A stretch of 64,000 bases of DNA, from NCBI GenBank assembly GCA_964016885.1, contig OZ024742.1, positions 170,810,001-170,874,000 on the forward strand, in the 5' to 3' direction. The DNA comes from Eledone cirrhosa. Taxonomy: Eukaryota. Below, one piece after another: positions 57,150 to 64,000 of this stretch. Both the position numbers and the translations under genes were made by a program. Under the pieces are notes generated by a model. It saw only the letters and a program-made list of their open reading frames with translations. It did not search any database and was not told the origin of the DNA. Positions within the stretch are counted from its first letter, which is position 1. Each line of letters begins with the position of its first letter.

Positions 57150-57550
57150 GATGAAGACGGAGGCGAAGACGAAGACGGAGACGAAGGCGAAGGCAAAGAC
57201 GAAGGCGAAGGCGAAGGCGAAGGCGAAGAGGCAGACGAAGGCGAAGTCGAAGAAGAAGGCGAAGGCAAAGAGGCAGACGAAGGCGAAGTCGAAGACGAAG
57301 GCGAAGGCAAAGAGGAAGACGAAGGCAAAGAGGCAGACGAAGGCGAAGTCGAAGAAGAAGGCGAAGGCGAAGGCAAAGAGGCAGACGAAGGCGAAGGCGA
57401 AGGCAAAGAGGAAGACGAAGGCAAAGAGGCAGACGAAGGCGAAGTCGAAGAAGAATGCGAAGGCGAAGGCAAAGAGGAAGACGAAGGCAAAGAGGCAGAC
57501 GAAGTCGAAAACGAAGGCGAAGATGAAGGAGATGAAGGAGATGAAGAAGA
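57150..57550. repeat. Purine-rich hexamer-based minisatellite (GAAGGC/GAAGAC/AAAGAG)
   Basis: Read directly; preceded by a CT-rich tract at 56700-57080. Confidence 0.9.
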
Positions 57551-57926
57551 ATCATTGAAGGAGAAATATTTCAGTTAGTTTTAAGAGCAGGCAGTTAACG
57601 TGATACGAACTTAGGAAAGCATGAAGAGAAAAAATACATGTAACATGTAAGAAGGCCACTCAGCTCTGTTGACATTTTTGGCCTTTTCAGTCGATGATTT
57701 CTAACGATATGGAAATATAAAATAGAGAAAGATAGTAACACCGGTGTATAGTACGCATCCTTCTCTGTTTCAGTTTTGAAGCTTAGAGAACCGACAATCT
57801 CTCCATCTTAACATGGACTACTGCCTAACACTGTAATATTTCCAGGAAATAAATCAACTGCCATCAATATATGTCTATACACATTGGCATTGGAGAAGTT
57901 ATGAAATATTATAGGTATATATATGA

Positions 57927-57972
57927 GGTATGTATGTATGTATGTATGTATGTATGTATGTATGTATGTATG

Positions 57973-58003
<31 letters not shown>

Positions 58004-58075
58004 GTATGTATGTATGTATGTATGTATGTATGTATGCATGTATGTAAGTATGTATGTATGTAGGTATGCATGTAT
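57927..58075. repeat. (TATG)n microsatellite
   Basis: Read directly. Confidence 0.95.
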
Positions 58076-58459
58076 GTTCTTCTGGTTTTATCATTTCACA
58101 TATTATGTATATATTTATGTATGTATGAACGTATGCATGCTTGTGTGCTTAAATGTGTATGTGCAAGTATATATACACACATGACACATGTCAATAAAGA
58201 CAGTCAAATACACATACACATTTATATATATATATACATACACATACACAGTTATATATATATACATACACATACACATTTATATACATATATATATATA
58301 TACATATACATACACATATACATACACATATACATACACACGCACACATATATATGTGTGTTATATGTGTGTATGTATGTATATCTTACTGATTTTAGTA
58401 ATCCGATTAATCTGCCCAAGTAATAATGCTTTGCCTTGCTTCAGCTACAAATATTATTG

Positions 58460-58566
58460 TACTACTACTAATACTACTACTACTACCACTACTACTACTA
58501 CTGCTACTGCTACTGCTACTACTACTACCACCACTACTACTATCACCACCACCACCACCACCAATT

Positions 58567-58618
<52 letters not shown>

Positions 58619-58627
58619 CATCACCAC

Positions 58628-58681
<54 letters not shown>

Positions 58682-58753
58682 CACAACCACCACCACTACT
58701 ACTAATACTACTACTACTACTATTACCACCACCACCACCACCACCACCACCAC

Positions 58754-58792
<39 letters not shown>

Positions 58793-59822
58793 AACCACCA
58801 CCACTACTACTAATACTACTACTACTACTATTACCACCACCACCACCACCACCACCACCACCACCACCACTACTACTACTACTACCACAGCCACCACTAC
58901 TACTACTATTATTGCTACCACCACCATCACTACTACTACTATTACCACCACCACCACCACCACCACCACCACCACCACGACTACTGCTACTATTACTACT
59001 ACTAAAGCCACCACCAACTGCTGCTGTTCTTATTGCTGCTGTGCTTACTGCTGCTGTGGTTACTGCTGCTGTGGTTACTGCTGCTGTTGCTATTGCTGCT
59101 GTTGTAACTGCTGCTGTTGCTATTGCTGCTGTTGTTACTGCTGCTGTTGTTATTGCTGCTGTTGTTACTGCTGCTGTTGCTATTGCTGCTGTTGTTACTG
59201 CTGCTGTTGTTACTGCTGCGGTGTTATTGCTGATGTTGTTACTGTTGCTGTTACTGCTGCTGTGGTTACTGCTGCTGCTGTTACTGCTGCTGTTGTTCCT
59301 GCTGCTGTTGTTACTGCTGCTGTTGTTACTGCTGCTGTGTTATTGCTGCTGTTGTTACTGTTGCTGTTACTGCTGCTGTTTTACTGCTGCTGTTGTTATT
59401 GCTGCTGTTTTACTGCTGCTGTGGTTACTGCTGCTGTTGTTACTGCTGCTGTTGTTACTGCTGCTGTTGTTACTGCTGCTGTGTTATTGCTGCTGTTGTT
59501 ACTGCTGCTGTTGTTACTGCTGTTGTTGTTGCTGCTGCTGTTGCTGCTGCTGCTGTTCTTACTGCTGATACTGTTGGTAATGGTGATACTAACGGGGCAC
59601 TTTTGCTGCTGCCCTTCTTGTTGCTACTGCTGCTATTGTTACTGCTGCTGTTGACACTGCTGCTGTTACTCCTACTGCTATTATTATTGCTGCTGTTGTT
59701 ACTACTGATTTCGGTATTGCTGTTGCTTTTATTGCTGCCACTCATACCACATAACTGCTGCTGTTTTTGCTGCTGCTCATTCGCTGCTGCTGTTTTTGCT
59801 GCTGCTCATTCGCTGCTGCTGT
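58460..59822. repeat. Compound trinucleotide tract (ACT/ACC)n then (CTG/TTG/TTA)n
   Basis: Read directly. Confidence 0.95.
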
Positions 59823-60309
59823 TTTAGGCGCTTATATCGCCGCTCCAGATAATACTACATAAGTATAAGACCACACAGTCGGAATAACTAGATGTAGTTC
59901 AGCTGTGCTCAATCCCAAACTGTAGAATATGATATAGAGTGAGCATAACGCCCTCCTTCGCTGATTATAAAATACCAGATCTCGGATACTATTTCAGATT
60001 TTACTTATCCATTGTTTTAATTTATAAATTTCAAGTTAAAAGTTTTTCTGAACATCTTTTACATTTCCTCTTCTCGGGAAGTAGTTGTAATTTTCAATAA
60101 TAAAATGGCATCTACGAAACAAATAAGGAAGACTTTATACGCGCCATGTATATTTACAACATTATTAAGGTTGCTGTTACTTGCTACTATGAGTTTCGTG
60201 AATTGCATGAACTAGCTGCAATCCATAGTAACATATAATATATCATAATAAATACATAAATGCATATACACACATACATATGCACGGACGAGGGAGCTTC
60301 ACAGCGCGC

Positions 60310-60362
<53 letters not shown>

Positions 60363-60452
60363 CGCGTGTGAATATGCCTGTGTGCACATTGGTTGGTCTA
60401 CACCCTTGTAAATATACACTATTTAAAAAGGGATGTCCTCAGCTGAGATTTT

Positions 60453-63399
60453 GGTTTTGCTTGATTAACAAGTCTGATGAGCAGATTGGGGCTAGAGTCA
60501 GTTGTTTTGCTTGATTAACAAGTCTGATGAGCAGATTGGGGCTAGAGTCAGGTGTTTTGCTTGATTAACAAGTCTGATGAGCAGATTGGGCAAGAGTCAG
60601 GGGTTTTGCTTGATTAACAAGTCTGATGAGCAGATTAGGGCTAGAGTCAGGGGTTTTGCTTGATTAACAAGTCTGATGAGCAGATTGGGGCTAGAGTCAG
60701 GGGTTTTGCTTGATTAACAAGTCTGATGAGCAGATTGGGCAAGAGTCAGGGGTTTTTGCTTGATTAACAAGTCTGATGAGCAGATTGGGGCTAGAGTCAG
60801 GTGTTTTGCTTGATTAACAAGTCTGATGAGCAGATTGGGCAAGAGTCAGGGGTTTTGCTTGATTAACAAGTCTGATGAGCAGATTAGGGCTAGAGTCAGG
60901 GGTTTTGCTTGATCAACAAGTCTGATGAGCAGATTAGGGCTAGAGTCAGGGGTTTTGCTTGATTAACAAGTCTGATGAGCAGATTGGGGCTAGAGTCAGT
61001 GGTTTTGCTTGATTAACAAGTCTGATGAGCAGATTGGGGCTAGAGTCAGGGGTTTTGCTTGATTAACAAGTCTGATGAGCAGATTAGGGCTAGAGTCAGG
61101 TGTTTTGCTTGATTAACAAGTCTGATGAGCAGATTGGGGCTAGAGTCAGGGGTTTTGCTTGATTAACAAGTCTGATGAGAAGATTGGGCAAGAGTCAGGG
61201 GTTTTTGCTTGATTAACAAGTCTGATGAGCAGATTGGGGCTAGAGTCAGGTGTTTTGCTTGATTAACAAGTCTGATGAGCAGATTGGGGCTAGAGTCAGG
61301 GGTTTTGCTTGATTAACAAGTCTGATGAGCAGATTAGGGCTAGAGTCAGGGGTTTTGCTTGATCAACAAGTCTGATGAGCAGATTAGGGCTAGAGTCAGG
61401 GGTTTTGCTTGATTAACAAGTCTGATGAGCAGATTGGGGCTAGAGTCAGTGGTTTTGCTTGATTAACAAGTCTGATGAGCAGATTGGGGCTAGAGTCAGG
61501 GGTTTTGCTTGATTAACAAGTCTGATGAGCAGATTAGGGCTAGAGTCAGGTGTTTTGCTTGATTAACAAGTCTGATGAGCAGATTGGGGCTAGAGTCAGG
61601 GGTTTTGCTTGATTAACAAGTCTGATGAGAAGATTAGGGCTAGAGTCAGGTGTTTTGCTTGATTAACAAGTCTGATGAGCAGATTGGGGCTAGAGTCAGG
61701 GGTTTTGCTTGATTAACAAGTCTGATGAGCAGATTGGGGCTAGAGTCAGGGGTTTTGCTTGATTAACAAGTCTGATGAGCAGATTAGGGCTAGAGTCAGG
61801 GGTTTTGCTTGATCAACAAGTCTGATGAGCAGATTAGGGCTAGAGTCAGGGGTTTTGCTTGATTAACAAGTCTGATGAGCAGATTGGGGCTAGAGTCAGT
61901 GGTTTTGCTTGATTAACAAGTCTGATGAGCAGATTGGGGCTAGAGTCAGGGGTTTTGCTTGATTAACAAGTCTGATGAGCAGATTAGGGCTAGAGTCAGG
62001 TGTTTTGCTTGATTAACAAGTCTGATGAGCAGATTGGGGCTAGAGTCAGGGGTTTTGCTTGATTAACAAGTCTGATGAGAAGATTAGGGCTAGAGTCAGG
62101 TGTTTTGCTTGATTAACAAGTCTGATGAGCAGATTGGGGCTAGAGTCAGGGGTTTTGCTTGATTAACAAGTCTGATGAGCAGATTGGGGCTAGAGTCAGG
62201 GGTTTTGCTTGATTAACAAGTCTGATGAGCAGATTAGGGCTAGAGTCAGGTGTTTTGCTTGATTAACAAGTCTGATGAGCAGATTGTGGCTAGAGTCAGG
62301 GGTTTTGCTTGATTAACAAGTCTGATGAGCAGATTAGGGCTAGAGTCAGGTGTTTTGCTTGATTAACAAGTCTGATGAGCAGATTGGGGCTAGAGTCAGG
62401 GGTTTTGCTTGATTAACAAGTCTGATGAGCAGATTAGGGCTAGAGTCAGGTGTTTTGCTTGATTAACAAGTCTGATGAGCAGATTGGGGCTAGAGTCAGG
62501 GGTTTTGCTTGATTAACAAGTCTGATGAGCAGATTAGGGCTAGAGTCAGGTGTTTTGCTTGATTAACAAGTCTGATGAGCAGATTGGGGCTAGAGTCAGG
62601 GGTTTTGCTTGATTAACAAGTCTGATGAGCAGATTAGGGCTAGAGTCAGGTGTTTTGCTTGATTAACAAGTCTGATGAGCAGATTGGGGCTAGAGTCAGG
62701 GGTTTTGCTTGATTAACAAGTCTGATGAGCAGATTAGGGCTAGAGTCAGGTGTTTTGCTTGATTAACAAGTCTGATGAGCAGATTGGGGCTAGAGTCAGG
62801 GGTTTTGCTTGATTAACAAGTCTGATGAGCAGATTAGGGCTAGAGTCAGGTGTTTTGCTTGATTAACAAGTCTGATGAGCAGATTGGGGCTAGAGTCAGG
62901 GGTTTTGCTTGATTAACAAGTCTGATGAGCAGATTAGGGCTAGAGTCAGGGGTTTTGCTTGATTAACAAGTCTGATGAGCAGATTAGGGCGAGAGTCAGG
63001 TGTTTTGCTTGATTAACAAGTCTGATGAGCAGATTAGGGCTAGAGTCAGGTGATTTGCTTGATTAACAAGTCTGATGAGCAGATTAGGTCTAGAGTCAGG
63101 TGTTTTGCTTGATTAACAAGTCTGATGAGCAAATTAGGGCTAGAGTCAGGTGTTTTGCTTGATTAACAAGTCTGATGAGCAGATTAGGGCTAGAGTCAGG
63201 TGTTTTGCTTGATTAACAAGTCTGATGAGCAGATTAGGGCTAGAGTCAGGTGTTTTGCTTGATTAACAAGTCTGATGAGCAGATTAGGGCTAGAGTCAGG
63301 GGTTTTGCTTGATTAACAAGTCTGATGAGCAGATTAGGGCTAGAGTCAGGGGTTTTGCTTGATTAACAAGTCTGATGAGCAGATTGGGGCTAGAGTCAG
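60453..63399 (+). repeat. Tandem array of ~59 copies of a 50-bp unit
   Basis: GGTTTTGCTTGATTAACAAGTCTGATGAGCAGATT[G/A]GGGCTAGAGTCAGG head to tail without spacers. Confidence 0.97.
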
Positions 63400-63472
63400 T
63401 TCTATAGCATTAATAAGGATCCTGAGCCACCCATCTGTGAAACATTCGTAACTGAGCCTAATCAATAAAAAC
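63352..63472 (+). ncRNA. Extended type I hammerhead formed by the last repeat unit plus the unique flank
   Basis: GTTTT..TTGATTA-ACA-AGT-CTGATGA-GCAGAT...ATCTGT-GAAAC-ATTC-GTA|ACT-GAGCC-TAATCAA..AAAAC. Confidence 0.8.
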
Positions 63473-63504
63473 TTCAACGTAAAACCTCGTTTTTTTTCTG
63501 AAGA

Positions 63505-63638
63505 CACACACACGCACACACACTCACATACATATATATATAAAGAGAGAGAAAGGGAGAGAGGTAAACACACACACACACACACACACGCACGCAACAC
63601 ACTCACATACATATATATATATAGAGAGAGAGAGGTAA

Positions 63639-63669
<31 letters not shown>

Positions 63670-63829
63670 TATATATATATATAGAGAGAGAGAGGTAAAC
63701 ACACACACATACATGCAACTCCCACATACATACATACATATATAAAGAGAGAGATGGGGAGAGAGGTAAATACACACACATACACACACACATATATATA
63801 TATAGAGAGAGGTAAACACACACACACAT

Positions 63830-63870
<41 letters not shown>

Positions 63871-63876
63871 TGCAAA

Positions 63877-63920
<44 letters not shown>

Positions 63921-63945
63921 TGCAACTCGCACATACACATATACA
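63505..63945. repeat. Compound (CA)(TA)(GA) minisatellite with GAGAGGTAAA anchor
   Basis: About 6 units read directly. Confidence 0.85.
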
Positions 63946-64000
63946 ATACAGGCATATAGTCAGCTTCATTAATTATAGTAGAAATTTTGGGGCGGTAGAT

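Noticed and set aside
57142-57558. Histone H1-like KAKAK protein or acidic EGE-repeat exon
   Set aside because: Purine-rich hexamer repeat open in multiple frames with no unique coding flank
58188-59827. Mucin-like or Cys-rich ORFs
   Set aside because: Open in several frames because of trinucleotide repeats; no domain or splice support
60453-63350. A complete hammerhead in every monomer
   Set aside because: Monomers lack GAAA, stem III and the NUH site
60453-63399. CRISPR array
   Set aside because: Units are head to tail with no unique spacers, there are no cas genes, and the context is eukaryotic
60453-63399. Telomeric or subtelomeric repeat (TTAGGG, TTGGGG, TCAGGG hexamers) or box C/D snoRNA array (CTGA/TGATGA)
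   Set aside because: Hexamers are isolated, and the CTGATGA plus both flanks are better explained by pairing with the downstream hammerhead half

Overview
AT-rich, microsatellite-saturated animal genomic DNA, most likely an octopus or other cephalopod (inferred from the tRNA-derived SINE families and repeat landscape). No host protein-coding gene is supportable; the long ORFs are either retroelement remnants or translations of simple repeats. The window is a stack of nested mobile elements: Penelope-like elements (PLEs; RT + C-terminal GIY-YIG at ~4.1-7.0 kb and ~49.8-54.4 kb, a 3 kb fold-back of a PLE 3' end at 34.5-37.6 kb, and a probable Naiad-type RT remnant), a near full-length L1/Tx1-type LINE (16.6-22.6 kb), three co-oriented R4/Dong-type elements (22.7-32 kb), RTE fragments, Helitron-like non-autonomous elements and more than 15 SINE copies. 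The most striking layer is RNA structure. About a dozen type I hammerhead ribozyme (HHR) motifs sit in PLE-type termini, many inside fold-back elements inserted in (TA)n. One family carries a compensatory U3-A8 core variant (TTGA[G/T]AA instead of CTGANGA). A ~59-copy 50-bp tandem array (60.45-63.40 kb) is an amplification of the 5' half of a hammerhead whose single 3' half, with the cleavage site, lies immediately downstream of the last repeat. All structures were folded by eye and none is experimentally verified.
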